From Felis catus (lineage: Eukaryota), in contig NC_058368.1 in NCBI RefSeq assembly GCF_018350175.1, positions 82,710,001-82,774,000 of the forward strand: 64,000 bases of DNA. The letters run 5' to 3'. A model generated the notes under the pieces. The model was not told the origin of the DNA, searched no databases, and saw only the letters and a list, made by a program, of their open reading frames with translations. The position numbers were made by a program, and so were the translations under genes. Positions 40,726 to 53,600 of this stretch are shown piece by piece (positions within the stretch are counted from its first letter, which is position 1; each line of letters opens with the position of its first letter).

Positions 40726-40940
40726 GTTTTTTTTTTTTTTAATGTTTATTTAGTTTTGAGAGAGCAAGAGACCGAGAGAGAATGAGAGGGGGAGGGACAG
40801 AGAGAGAAGGGGACAGAGGATCCAAAGCAGCCTCTGTGCTGACAGCAGAGAGCCTGACACAAGGCTCGAACTCATGAACCGTGAGATCATGACCTGAGCC
40901 AAAGCTGGATACTTAATCGACTGAGCCATCCAGGTGCCCC
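40726..40940 (-). mobile_element. Can-SINE
   Basis: reverse-complement SINE. Confidence 0.92.
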
Positions 40941-41222
40941 ATGGTCTGAGTTTTTTATAGGGCTTTCTTAGTCTGTACTTTTATTACTCCTCTGCCTCTG
41001 GTTGCATCTGAAAGGTCTGCCCTCCCCATCCCAAGGCTATCCTCCAGCAAGGAGTGGGTACATCACGGGCTATGGTGCTGGAAAGAACAGACAAGATGGT
41101 CTGGGAAGGGTGGTCCATGTACTTTAAATTGGTTTCAAGTAGGAAGGGTGGGTTTTCTCTGATCCTATTTCCTACCCTGTGTAATAAAGGCATGCCTTTG
41201 GGTGACTGACTTGGTTAAGCAG

Positions 41223-41570
41223 TGTGGAGGGCAGAGTAACAGCCCCAAAGATACCAAATTTCTGACCTAGTGAATGTTGTTTCAAATGGCAAAAAGGACT
41301 TTGCAGAGGTGGTTAAGGATTTTAAAGAAGGCAAATGTCCAGGGTTATTTGGGTGGGTGCAATGTAATCCCAAGGGTCATCATAAATGAAAGAGAGAGGT
41401 AAGAAGATCAAAGTCAAAGAGAGATTTGAAGATGGATAATGAAGCCATGCAGGCGGCCTCTAGAAGCTGGAAAAGCCCAAGAATTGGATTCTTCCCTAGA
41501 CCCTCTAGAAGGAAAACAGCACTGTCAACACCTGGATGCTAGTCAGGTGAGACTTATTTCAGGTACTGAC
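41223..41570 (+). mobile_element. MLT1-type (MaLR) LTR fragment
   Basis: tgtggagggcagagtaacagcccc...ggcaaaaaggactttgcag...ctctagaagctggaaaag motifs. Confidence 0.75.
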
Positions 41571-41828
41571 TAGAGATTAGGAAACAAAATTAAAACTTTG
41601 CCCAAGTGTGGTTTGACTAATAAAGGAAATTCTATTTATTTTCCTTTCCTCACATTCATCCCTAGCATTTGCCTTCAAGGAACACACAGACTTCAGTGAT
41701 ATGGAAAAAAGAACAGGCAGTTACCATCGTGTTTCTATGAGGAAAATACAGAGTGTTACTAAAAAGTATAGGAGGGACACACAATCCCAACTTGGGGAGC
41801 TCAAAGATTTCCTAAATGAAATGGCCAT

Positions 41829-42287
41829 TGTATTAATCTGAGTTTCCCAGAGAAATGGAGCCATGGAGAGAGGAGAGTGTGTGTGTGTGTGTGTGTGTGT
41901 GTCTGTGTGTGTACATATATAATTTATTATAAGGAATTGTCTAATGCAGTTATGGAGGCTGAGAAGTCTCAAGTCAGTAAGCTGGGGACCTGAGAGGACC
42001 AATGGTGTGAGTTTCTCTGAGTCTGAGTCCCAAGGCTGAAGATCAATGTCTCAGCTCAAGCAGTTAGGAAGAGACTAAATTCTCTTTTACTCTGCCTTTT
42101 TGTTCTATTCAGGCCTTTAATAGATTAGATGAGGCCTACCCTTATTGGGGACGGCAATCTATTTACTCAGTCTACTGATTCAAATATTAGTTTTGTCCCA
42201 AAACCTCACAAACATACCCAGTATCATGTTTGACCAAAAATATGGGCATCCTGTGCTCCAAACTGACACATAAAATTAACCATCACA
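41829..42287. mobile_element. MLT2-type (ERVL) solo LTR containing a (TG)n microsatellite (~41877-41912)
   Basis: tgtatta...ccagagaaa start, acataaaattaaccatcaca end; 5-bp TSD gccat / gccac. Confidence 0.85.
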
Positions 42288-42869
42288 GCCACTCAGGTAT
42301 GACGTGAAGGATTAGTTTGTATAGCATCATAATCCAGCTTGGTCCGATGAATATAACATGAAACATTTTTCGTGAAATATTTGTTCATAAAAAGAACAAA
42401 GCAGGTTCTGACAGGGAAATATCTCTAACGTATACAAGTGAACAAGGCAATTCTCAGAGTTATTACACATTACATCATCATGTTTTAGAAAAGAAAGATG
42501 TTTGTAAATGTGTATATGTACATTCAAAGCACAGAAAGGAGAGTATAAAGTGTATAACAATAATTGACAGTGATTCTTTCTGGGAAGATGTGAAGGAAAG
42601 GGAAAGATACAGAAGAAGAAATTTCAACATGTTACCAGTGTATGTGCATGCATAGAAAAAGACATGGCAGATTACTCACAGAAGTGTTAAGAGAAGAATT
42701 TTTGAGTGAGTGGGATTCTTTATGGGTAGTTTTATATTCTTTTAGTTATTCTGCATTTTCTTTCTTTTTTAGGCCTTTTATTTATAAAGGTTTTAGCTAC
42801 CTTTAAAAGGTAATACATGTACATAGTCTGAAATTCAAAAGGCACAAGATACCTAGGGAAAATCCTCCC

Positions 42870-43560
42870 ACGTTTGGAAATGACATGGTGATTTATGGGA
42901 AGGAAGATTTTATTCAAGCCCGGGAACTATCACCATAGGGTGATGGACAACTGTGATGGAAATCCGCAGTGAGGAAGAGAGATCCGGCTCAACTTTGAAT
43001 ACAGCACAAGCCAAGCGGGAATCTATAGCCAAGGAGCAAGGTGGGGGTCTCTGAATAGAATATTATTAAGAGGAAACATCAGAGTTAAGGGTGGGGGATT
43101 CGGTCTAAACCCACCCATGAGGCGGCGCCTGGGTGGCTTGGTGGGTTAAGCCTCCACTCTTGGTTTCAGCTCGTCATGATCTCACTGTTAGGGTCACCGT
43201 GGTGAGATCAAGTCCCGCTGTCGGCTCTGCGCTGACAGTGCAGAGGCCACTAGGGACTCTCTCTCTGCCCCTGCCCCACTCACTCTCTCTGCCTCTCTCA
43301 AATAAGTAAACTTACAAAAATAAAAATTAAAAAGATAAAGCCGAGGTGATCAGCCCCGACTGGGGGATGCAGGCGATGAGGACTTTGGTCATACGTCAAG
43401 GTAGAGCACACATGGAGGGTGGGGGATTCCGGCTGAACTGACACGGGAATTCCTGTTAAAATGGGTCGATGCAGAACGGCACGTGGAAGTCCAACAGTGA
43501 GGTCTGGTTGCACCGGGGTTGAGGGTCGCCTGAGTAGGGTTCAGTCAGTGGGCGAACCCT
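42870..43560. mobile_element. ancient LTR-like element just upstream of the CDC16 CpG island, interrupted by a Can-SINE (43121-43335, +)
   Basis: ggctcaactttgaatacagc...tatagccaaggagcaagg motif resembles ERVL-class LTRs; family uncertain. The SINE is clear. Confidence 0.55.
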
Positions 43561-43719
43561 CGCCAGTGGAATCAGGGTGTGTGGTCCTTGGGGGGCTGGC
43601 GTCCCTCACTAAGCAGGTGCCAACACTTCCCTTTCATTGCCGAATCCCACTCCATTCAAAGTTTTAACTGGCCAGCCCTTTTAGCTTACTTGTTTTTGGT
43701 CTCGGCTTCCTCTACCTAG

Positions 43720-44520
43720 GGCTTCGGGCCCTAGGGCCGCAAGACAACATGACGGGGAAGCGTGGCGACCCCCGCGGCGATCCCGGAGGCGGGCCACCCC
43801 CCTTCACGCCCCCGCTGCCACCCGGCTGCCGGCCTCGAGCGCCCCGCCCCCCAGAACGAGCTAAAGAGCGAACGGCGCCCGGACACAACAACCGGCCGTG
43901 CTACCAGAGCCCTCCAGTCGGGAGAAAAGGCGTCCGTGGTCCCCAAACCCCGGCAACCTAAGGGTCACGGGAGCGCGCCGGAACCATCAGCGCGCCCCCA
44001 GTATCTGGAGCCGGAGGGAACGCGTTTGCGGAGGACTTCCGGGGCGGGGCCTGGCGGGAGCGGAAGATCCCGGCGGCTCCGGACAGGGAGCTGGCAACAG
44101 CTGTGCGGGCTCGGGGCGGGCCAGGCCGGCAGCGGGAAGGAGGGCGCGCGCGGGGGCAGTGGACCACGCTCTGCCGGATTCTCCGGCCGCGCGGCCATGA
44201 ACCTGGAGCGGCTGCGGAAGCGTGTCCGGCAGTACCTGGACCAGGTGGGCGGCCCAACCCGGGGAGCGCAGGCCCCGGGGCTCGTTGAGGCCAGCGCGCC
44301 CGAGCCCTTGCCCGCAGGGTAACTGTCGTCAGGGTCTTGCTGGCGCTTCGTCCGGCGGGGCCTGGGCTGAAGCCCCGGAAGGGAGGGAGGCAGCCCCTCA
44401 ACCCTCTCTGCATCTGGGAGGATGAGGAGCCCTGGGAGCGCAAGCCACCAAAGCGCAGCGCGAGCTTTACACGTGTTGACTCCCGCTCTGCAGCCGTCCT
44501 AACAGCTGCGCGCAGTGGGT
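43720..44520 (+). promoter_or_regulatory. CDC16: CpG island / TATA-less promoter of CDC16
   Basis: Abrupt GC- and CpG-rich block around exon 1. ETS/GABP-type site ACTTCCGG (44035-44042, CCGGAAGT on - strand) abuts GC box GGGGCGGGGC (44041-44050). Second GC box near 44113-44121. Confidence 0.9.
44197..44244 (+). CDS. CDC16: CDC16 exon 1 (coding part) MNLERLRKRVRQYLDQ
   Basis: gcggccATGa start context; donor cag|gtgggc. Confidence 0.97.
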
Positions 44521-47500
44521 GCTCAGTACAAACTTACTGCTCAGTGGAAGTTAAAGGGTTATTTTAGGAGGAAAGTTGCAGGATGGCCTTTGAATTTACC
44601 TAGCTAATGGAAAAGTTTCGAGAAGCTTAGTTGTAATTCTTATTTGGCAGAATTTAAGTGAATAAAGATACAAACAAGCCTGTTGTGTCAAATCAGTACT
44701 TTAACAAATTCATGTTGGGACGCCTGGATGGCTCAGTCGGTTGAGCCACACGGACTTCAGCTCAGGTCATGATCTCAGGGTTTGTGAGTTCGAGTCCCGT
44801 GTAGGGCTCTGTGCTGACAGCTCAGAGCCTGGAGCCCGTTTCAGATTCTGTGTCTCCCTCTCTCTCTGCCCCTCCCCTGTTCATGCTCTGTCTCTCTCTG
44901 TCTCAAAAATAAATAAACGTTAAAAAAATTAAAAAAAATCATAAATTATCTACTGTCTTAGATACCTGCTTATACATTTTTACAATGTATAAGTTTAAAA
45001 AAATCCTACCTTCTTGAGCTGTATGTATCAAAGAGCCTACAATAATGTTTTTGTACCTTTGAACCAAAACTCACCTAGCTGAGATGTAAAATGGAGATAA
45101 GATTGGTAGACCTTTGCTACATGTAAAAAATTGTATTAAGATGTTGATTTATTATATAGCATTCTAACGATATTAGATATCTGTTTAAAACTATTGAAAT
45201 AACAAGGTGGTTACTTTTTATGTTTTGATACAGCAACAGTATCAAAGTGCTCTATTTTGGGCAGATAAAGTAGCTTCACTCTCTCATGGTAAGTGACAAC
45301 TTGAAATTTTTTTTTCTGATTTCTATGTTTTAAAAACTTTTCTATCTTTCCTTGTGCCTCTGACCATTTATGTAATTTTTTTCCTTCCAGAGGAACCCCA
45401 GGACATTTATTGGTTGGCTCAGTGTCTTTACCTGACAGCGCAATATCACAGAGCAGCTCATGCACTTCGGTCACGAAAACTGGACAAAGTAAGTGATTGT
45501 GTGAACTTTAAAGCTTCCCAAACTTTTCAAAAATGCTGTTAGATGAGGGGCACCTGGGTGGTCAGTTGTTTAAGTGTCCGACTCTTGGTTTCAGCTCAAG
45601 TCATGATCCCATGGTTTGTGAGTTCGAGCTCTGCATCGGACTCTGCACTGACAACATGGAGCCTGCTTGGAACTCTCTCTCTCCCTCTCTACCCCTCTTG
45701 AGCCCTTTCTCTGTCTCTCTCAAAATAAATAAACTTAAAAAAAAAATGAAAGGTATTAATTAAAAAAATATCATTAGATTAAATGTCAAAGTTATTTAAA
45801 AGGATTCAATTTTTCTTATTGAATGTAAAGAAAAATTTTCTTATTCCTAATCTCAGTCACTTTTGTCCCCCAATCTAATCACTCAGTTTTGAAAATTCTG
45901 TTTTCTAAGTAACTCTGAAATTATGGATATTCTTTTCCATTTCATTACTGCTCATACATGTCAGGCCTTTAATTTGTCTGTTTTGTTTTAGCTTCTTGTC
46001 TCTTTTCTTTGATAATATCTTTCCCACTTCCATTTTCCCTGACTCTTTTTAGCAGTCTTTTAAACTATCACAAGAGTGGTCTTCCTAAAACACAGAAACA
46101 CAGACCTGATTATAGCACTGACAGTATCAATCAGTGATTTCCCACCGCCTGCATAGGCACCAGAGTCCCTGTGGTTTCTCTCCATCGGTGTCGAACCCAC
46201 CACCACCACCAGTACAAGTAACGTGCAAACTGTCTGCAGTCCCATAGAGGAGTGTCCCTGCTCAGTGCCTGGAATGCTGGCTAGCCCCTCCACCTCTGTC
46301 CCTTGCACATGTTTTCTTAACTGCTAGTACTTTTATGCCGTTCTTCCAGAGTTTATATAGTTTACGTCTCACGAGTACTGTGTTTGCGTCTTCTTGCCGT
46401 AACCTCCTTAACAGATTGTTTTCTCTCCTAGCTGTATGAAGCATGCCGCTACCTCGCAGCTAGATGCCATGTAAGTATGCCATCTGTTTTAATTTTCTTG
46501 GTAAAAGTTTAATTATGTTGCTGTTATACAGAAATCTGGTGGTGGAGCTGGCAGGTTAGTAAAGTATTCATGAGGAAGTGTTCTTTTCTTTAGTATTGTG
46601 TGCTATAAAATATTGATTCTCTATTTACCAATGCCTGACATGCATGAAGAAAACTCTGCCTTAGAATTTGAAATTTTAAGCTCTACATTTTAAATATAAG
46701 TAATGAGTAGGTATATTCTATGACCCTTTTAAAATTGACAGTATTTGCTTGTATGTCTAGTGTTCGAAGTGATAGGTGATAAACAGTAGTTCTGGCTTTT
46801 GCACAACACAGTATGCTGCGAAAGAGCATCAGCAGGCACTTGATATTCTTGACATGGAGGAGCCAATCAACAAAAGGTTATTTGAGAAGTACTTGAAGGA
46901 TGAAAGTGGCTTGAAAGACCCCTCCAATGACTGGGAAATGTCACAGTCCTCCGTAAGTAATTCTGCAATAAGCATACTTCAGTAACATCAGTAAGAATTA
47001 CTCACACGACATGCAAAACATAAATCACTTTCTTTTATTTCAGTATCACCATGTTAAAACAGTTCAGTTGCCAACTTACTTAATTTGCCACTGAAACACA
47101 AGAAGATTCCGAGACATTTCTGAGTCATTAGATGGAAGCTATAGCTATGTCCTCATATGCTTGAGTCTGAAATAGGCTGACTTGAGAGCTTTCTTCTCAT
47201 ATTTGATGCCTTAAATTACTCCCACAGATGGAATAACCTTTCCCTTTCTTACTGTGTTTCAATACCTACCCCAGGAAACCATAGTTTGCTTCTTTCCAGG
47301 GAGTGGTTTGGTGTTACTCTTTATGTAATTTGTTTACTTCAGTTTGTATACTTCATATCTGCCTGAAATTGCAAATTCCTTGTTGGCAGAGATTATATAA
47401 TGTAACATAATAAATGACATTCACAGATTACTAATCTCAACTGTTATTATTTTTTCTTTTTTTCTGGTTTTTTTGTTTTTTTGACAGCCTTCTTGAGACT

Positions 47501-47648
47501 ATTTATGTGCTAAGGAGCACGTTTATTTTTCTGCTAATAAAGGTATTTATGAGGGAGTCTGGTATTACCATTATTATTTTTGGACTACTTACCATTTACC
47601 TGCTAAGAAATACATGGTTTGTTTGTAATGCATTATTTATCTTATGAA

Positions 47649-47684
<36 letters not shown>

Positions 47685-50600
47685 TACAAGTCATAAGATA
47701 CTGCATTGGTGTAAGATTCTCTTGTTACATCCTCTTATTTTTAAGTTTGGATTTTATGATGAATCTTCTTTGTCCCTTTACCAGTTTTAGCTGCCCGTCT
47801 CTGGATCATCTGTAGATTTAGTTGCATGTTTCTTAAGGCTCAGAGTCTAGAATCTAGGTTGGATTGCTGCCCACATCCTCTTGTTAGTGGTAGTGGTGAG
47901 GTGGCTACTCTGTGAACACCTCACATGTACTCGCTTTGCAGAAGACTAGCACCTCTGCTTCTTACAGGGCCCTGTAAGTTAGATGAGGAAAGGAAACTTG
48001 TCCAGGGTCACTAGGAAGCATCAGAGCTGGGGTTTTAACTCAGGTCTGTCCAATGCTACAAGTTCATGACCCTAATCGTGGTACCTTATTGCCACCAGTT
48101 TTTCAGTGTTTATTACTAAGATCCTTTCATTGCGATCCGCCTATCAAACTGTCTGAGTTTAATTTAATATTTGTATTCTGCTTGCTATCTAAATCATTAC
48201 CCTCTTTGAGACAGAACCGATAAGGACCCAAGTAGCAGTGATGTGCTGTAGTTCTAAAGATTGTTGAAGTGAGGAGTGCCTAGGGAAGATAGAGAAGTTT
48301 TACTTCGCTTTCCTGTTTCTGTTAATTTGTTGGGATTGAATAAATTATTTTAGAGGTCAGGAGAAGTCTCAGCCTTAAGATAATAGATCATTCTGATCAA
48401 AAATTAAATTTCGACGTATTGATTTAGTACATGACTCATCATATTTTTCCAACAGATAAAGAGTTCTATTTGTCTTTTACGAGGGAAAATCTATGATGCT
48501 CTGGATAACCGAGCCCTAGCTACCTATAGCTACAAAGAAGCTTTGAAGCTGGATGCCTACTGTTTTGAAGCATTTGATCTTTTAACATCACACCACATGT
48601 TGACAGCTCAAGAAGGTTTGGAAACTCAGGTGTTTTCATGTTTAGCACAATTAATATCATTTGGATTTTTTTTCTCTGAAACCTTTACAGTCAAGAGCAG
48701 ACTATGCATGTTTAAACAGACCTGAAGCACATTGCATAGGACGGTGGTGGATTGTGCAGTGCCCTTTGCTGTCAGAATCTTTAGGGTTGTGATGTGGTGA
48801 GGCCATCTTTTTGGGAAGTAACTTGAGGTAGTGTAAACCAAGATCTCAGTATCTGATTCAGAGATGCCCAACATGCTTTACCTCAAAGCCTTTAACAACA
48901 TCAGGGTGCAGGTCCCAGCTCCAGACAAGTGGAATGGAATCTCTGGCAGTGGGGCCCTGGCGTCAGATGTTTTAAAGCTCTCAGATGACCCTAAGGTGCA
49001 GCTAGGCTGAGAACCAACCACAGACCTAGTATGTCAGCAGTAATGTGAGGTGGATATGTGCAAGAAACACAGAGAAAATAGGGATGTTGTGTTAGTGGGG
49101 TTCAAGCACATTTTAGTCTATCTAGTGTAGTAGTTCTCAGGTTGATTTTGTGCCCTAGGGACACTTGATTTTTATAAATTGGGGACGGGATGGGAGGTTG
49201 CTAATGGCATCTAGTGGGTGGAGGTCAGAGATCCTGCTAACCATCCTGTGGTGGTGTGGGACAACCAACCGACAGAATTATCCACACAGAGTGTCAGCAG
49301 TGCTGAGGCTGGGAAACTGGCCGGGTGGTTCTTGGATCTGGTGGTGACCAGAATCGCCTAAAAGGCTTCATGGCTCAACCCTCCAGGTGGTTCTTATCAC
49401 CTGGGTCTGGAACCACTGTCTTAGATTTTCAAGTATATTTTGATCTTGTTATTCTCTCTTTTGAGTTTGATTTACTTAGACCAAGAACTTTAGAATATTT
49501 TTTATTGAAGCCTTTTTACCCCCATAAATACTGTGAGGACATTCTTTTTTCTTAACATTTTTAAGAGAAAGAACTTCTTGAGTCACTACCTCTTAGCAAG
49601 CTCTGTACTGAAGAACAGGAATTGCTACGCTTTCTATTTGAGAACAAATTAAAAAAGGTGAGTAAAAACACAAAATTAGTTTTGCTTTATGTAACTATTT
49701 TACTAAATTTGGCATCTATTCTTTTACTAGTTAAATTTTTAAAACTTAATTTTTATTAGCACATTTGCAAGAATAGATGATATGATTCCTTAAAAAGCAT
49801 CCAAAAACATGTCTTTTTTCTAGGGATTCCTTATGCTAAAAGATTGAACTGTAACATAAGTGGGACGTTGTGTGAAAATGAGGATTTTTTTCTTATGCTT
49901 AGTGAACTTTTTTTTTTTAATTTTTTTTATTTTTCAACGTTTACTTATTTTTGCGACAGAGAGAGACAGAGCATGAACGGGGGAGGGACAGAGAGAGAGG
50001 GAGACACAGAATCCGAAACAGGCTCCAGGCTCCGAGCCATCAGCCCAGAGCTTGACGTGGGGCTCGAACTCCCGGACCGCGAGATCGTGACTTGGCTGAA
50101 GTCGGACGCTTAACCGACTGCGCCACCCAGGCGCCCCTGAACTTTTTTTTTTTTTAATTTAATTTATTTCTGAGAGAGAGAGAGAGACAGAACATGAGCG
50201 GGGGAGGGGCAAAGAAAGAGGGAGACACAGAATCTGAAACAGGCTCCAGGCTCTGAGCTGTCAGCACAGAGCCTGACGTGGGGCTCGAACTCAGAAACTG
50301 TGAGATCATGACCTGAACCGAAGTTGGATGCTCAACTGACTGAACCACCAGGCACCCCTGAACTTCTGATTTGTAAAATACTTCCTGCCCTGGAATTCCG
50401 TGATAAAATTGAGAAGAGAGTCCAGCTGATTGAGAGGAGGGCTGATAAGATATAAAGTCAGGGCTCCCAGAGGTTCACACCTGCCCTGTGTAAACCCTTG
50501 AGCCATTGGGCCAGATCGAGTCTGCCATTTGATTTGTACTGCACATTGGGTTCATGTTTCCCTTTCTCTGTTGCAGTATAATAAACCCAGTGAAACTGTC

Positions 50601-53600
50601 CTCCCCGAGTCTGTAGATGGTTTGCAGGAGAATCTGGATGTGGTAGTGTCTTTGGCTGAAAGACATTATTATAACTGTGATTTTAAAATGTGCTACAAGC
50701 TTACTTCTGTGTAAGTATATCCACTTATTTCTGTGTAGGAGCATAGAGTCCATTCTCATTTTACCTAGGAAGTATGTAGGGCTGCTTTGTGAATAAGCTT
50801 GAACTAATTGGTGATAATTGAAGTTGCCTTTACAATTTGCAGAGTTTAATAGAAGGGTTATTGTTATCTTAAAAGAGCAATTTACAGACACAGGTTTATG
50901 GGCACTTATCGGTTTAGTCCATTGCCTTGGGAATAGACAATTCCCTCATCTCAGTGTTTTATAATTTGCAAATTTGAAAATACCATTCTGGCACATAGTC
51001 TCATAAAATCCCTTCTTTGTTAAAGTAGGGACTAGTCAAATCCTGTAGATGCTGGGTGCTCAGTCAGGCTTAGTAAGTAGCTAAGCCATCTCCCTGCTGC
51101 CCCCACCATACCAGTTTTCATGATTCAAACTTGTAGCTAAATTACATATGCTATTTTTAACAGATCTTTGGGATTACTTAACATCCTTGAATTCACAAAA
51201 ATATTAATTGACAAATACGATCTGTTTAATATTTCATATTGTTTTTAATCCTTCTTAGTAATTAGACTGCTTATTTTGTAATTCTGTTGATTTAAAATAA
51301 ATGTATGTGATAGTGTTTATTTTTATTCCTTCTAAATAAACCAGAATTTTCCCTTTCATTTATAAGATAATCATTACCTTAATTGAGCCAACCTGAAGGT
51401 AATGGAGTTAAAAAAGTAAAAAAAGTATTTTACATAAAGATGTAATGACTGTTTAGACATAGCTATTTTAATGCGGTATGTTCTGTTATGTATTGCTTCT
51501 GGCATGGTAAATGTTGCTTTGACTTTCAGAGTAATGGAGAAAGATCCTTTCCATGCAAACTGTTTACCTGTACATATAGGGACACTTGTGGAGCTGAATA
51601 AAGCAAATGGTAATTTTTTTTAAATCAAAATAATAATTGTTAAGACAAAAAAATTTTCTGTAACTTGAAATTATGTCTCACAAGTCCTGGATAATTGAGA
51701 TTGCAGTTAACAACATAATGGAGTTCTCTGACAAAAGTAACAGCTAGTGTAAGAAAAGCTTATCAGAGTGACTGAGGATCAATTCTCTTACGCCTACAGA
51801 ACAGTGTTTGTTTTCCCTTGCTTCCTGTTGTCAATTGTACTTTATGGTTTAAGTTGTATAAGCTTTAGAGTATCGGCAGATAGTTTTTCTTTTTTTTGTA
51901 AAATCCTAAGAAAACTGATAGAAAACTGATAGAAAATAGTTTAGAAACTGGGTGGGGGCAAAGTTTTTGCTTGTGTTTCCTATACTTTAACATTTCAGAA
52001 ACAATTTAGTTATGTTTGGATGTTATTTCCCCTTAAATCTTTTAAGCTGTGTCAGGAGTTTAAAAAGCTGACACTCCAATTCCAAACCCCTGCTGCTCCG
52101 GGTGTGGTCTATGGACCAGCAGCATCACATCTCCTAGAAGCTTGTTGGAGATGCGGACACTCCGGCTGTGCTGGTCTAATGGATCCAAATCTGCACATAG
52201 GAAACTTCATTATGATGTGTTAGGACTTACACGTTACTCAAGAAGAAATCATCTTGCTGATTTGAAACTTGAAAGTTTGATCACTCAAATTGGTTATGGG
52301 TAGTTAAGATGGTCCATAATAAGGGCACAGAGTGTGTGATACCAGTTATGAAGATAAGCGACGAGCTTTGAAATTACTTCTCAAGCACCATGACGTGCTT
52401 TATCATGAGAGACTCATCCAGTTTTCCAGTCACTCCAGAAGCACTCAGTGTCCACTTGTAGGGTAAGAGGTTGGTGGGGGGCTGTGAATGAAACAACTGT
52501 AGTAGTTGTATATTTTATTAAGTAAATAGAAAACTATGAAAGTGTTACTATGAGAATAAATTTGTTTGATCGTGAAGAGTTGTAACTAGAGGAAAGTCAT
52601 ATCTTAAAATTGACTGGATCTAATTCTTTTTTTTCTTTTTTTTCTTTTTTTAATGTAGAACTTTTCTACCTTTCTCATAAATTGGTGGATCTGTATCCTA
52701 GTAATCCTGTAAGTAAATGTAAACCTTTTTTTCTTATGGTGTTTTTTTCTTACCTGAACTCTAAAAAAATACTTAACTGGCTTTTAGGTAGTAACTTATA
52801 TTTAAGTTCAAGCAAATAATGTTTATTTACTTATTTTTATTTATTTATTTATTTATTTTTTTACATTTATTTATTTTTGAGAGACAGAGTGAGACAGGGT
52901 GCAAGCAGTGGAGGGGCAGAGAGAGAAGGAGACAGAATCCAAAGCAGGCTCCAGGCTCTGAGCTGTCAGCACAGAGCCTGACACGGGGCTCGAACCCACG
53001 AACCATGAGATCACAACCTGAGCCAAAGTCGGATGTTCAGCCAATTGAGCCACCAGGCACCCCCAAATAATGTTTATTTTAAGGTGTTGGAGGAGGACCT
53101 CCTAGTGCTATGATAATTAGAAGTAGCGTTAGCTTTTCAATCCATGAAAGTATTTTTTTTAAGTGTCTTGAAACAATAGCTTAAAACAAAAATCCTTTTA
53201 TTCTGGTTACAGAAATAATATATGCTTATTTTAATATACTTGATATACAGAAAAATAAAATGTTGAAAATGAAAGTCATACTCTCACCTCTCGTAAGTGA
53301 TGCTAATAATTACTTGGTGGCTTCCTCACCTTGCACGTACAGCATAACTTACTGAATTGTGCAGTAGTTGGGTCATTGGGTCTCTTAGGCTACCTTGGAA
53401 CACAACTGGGACCCAGAGATTAAAACTAATTCAGGAACTGTGTCCTTAGAGACAGAAGTTAGGGATCAAAGCCTAAGCCTCACCCAAGAATCTCTGCTCT
53501 TGGCCAGTATGAAAATAATTTAGAAAGAGGCAGAATCAGTGCAAGAGAAGTCTGCTAATGAGGTCGAGCCTGCATAGTGCTGGTGAGAACCTGGGTGGAG

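Noticed and set aside
43762..44322. 186-aa ORF extending CDC16 N-terminally
   Set aside because: Starts at GTG in a stop-poor CpG island and reads through the exon 1 donor. The conserved protein starts at ATG 44197.
46405..46431. TCCTTAAC U12-type branch-point motif before CDC16 exon 4 (similar ttcttaac before exon 7)
   Set aside because: The matching donors are gtaagt and gtttgg, not GTATCCTT, so these are U2 introns. The motif also fits the generic yUnAy branch point.
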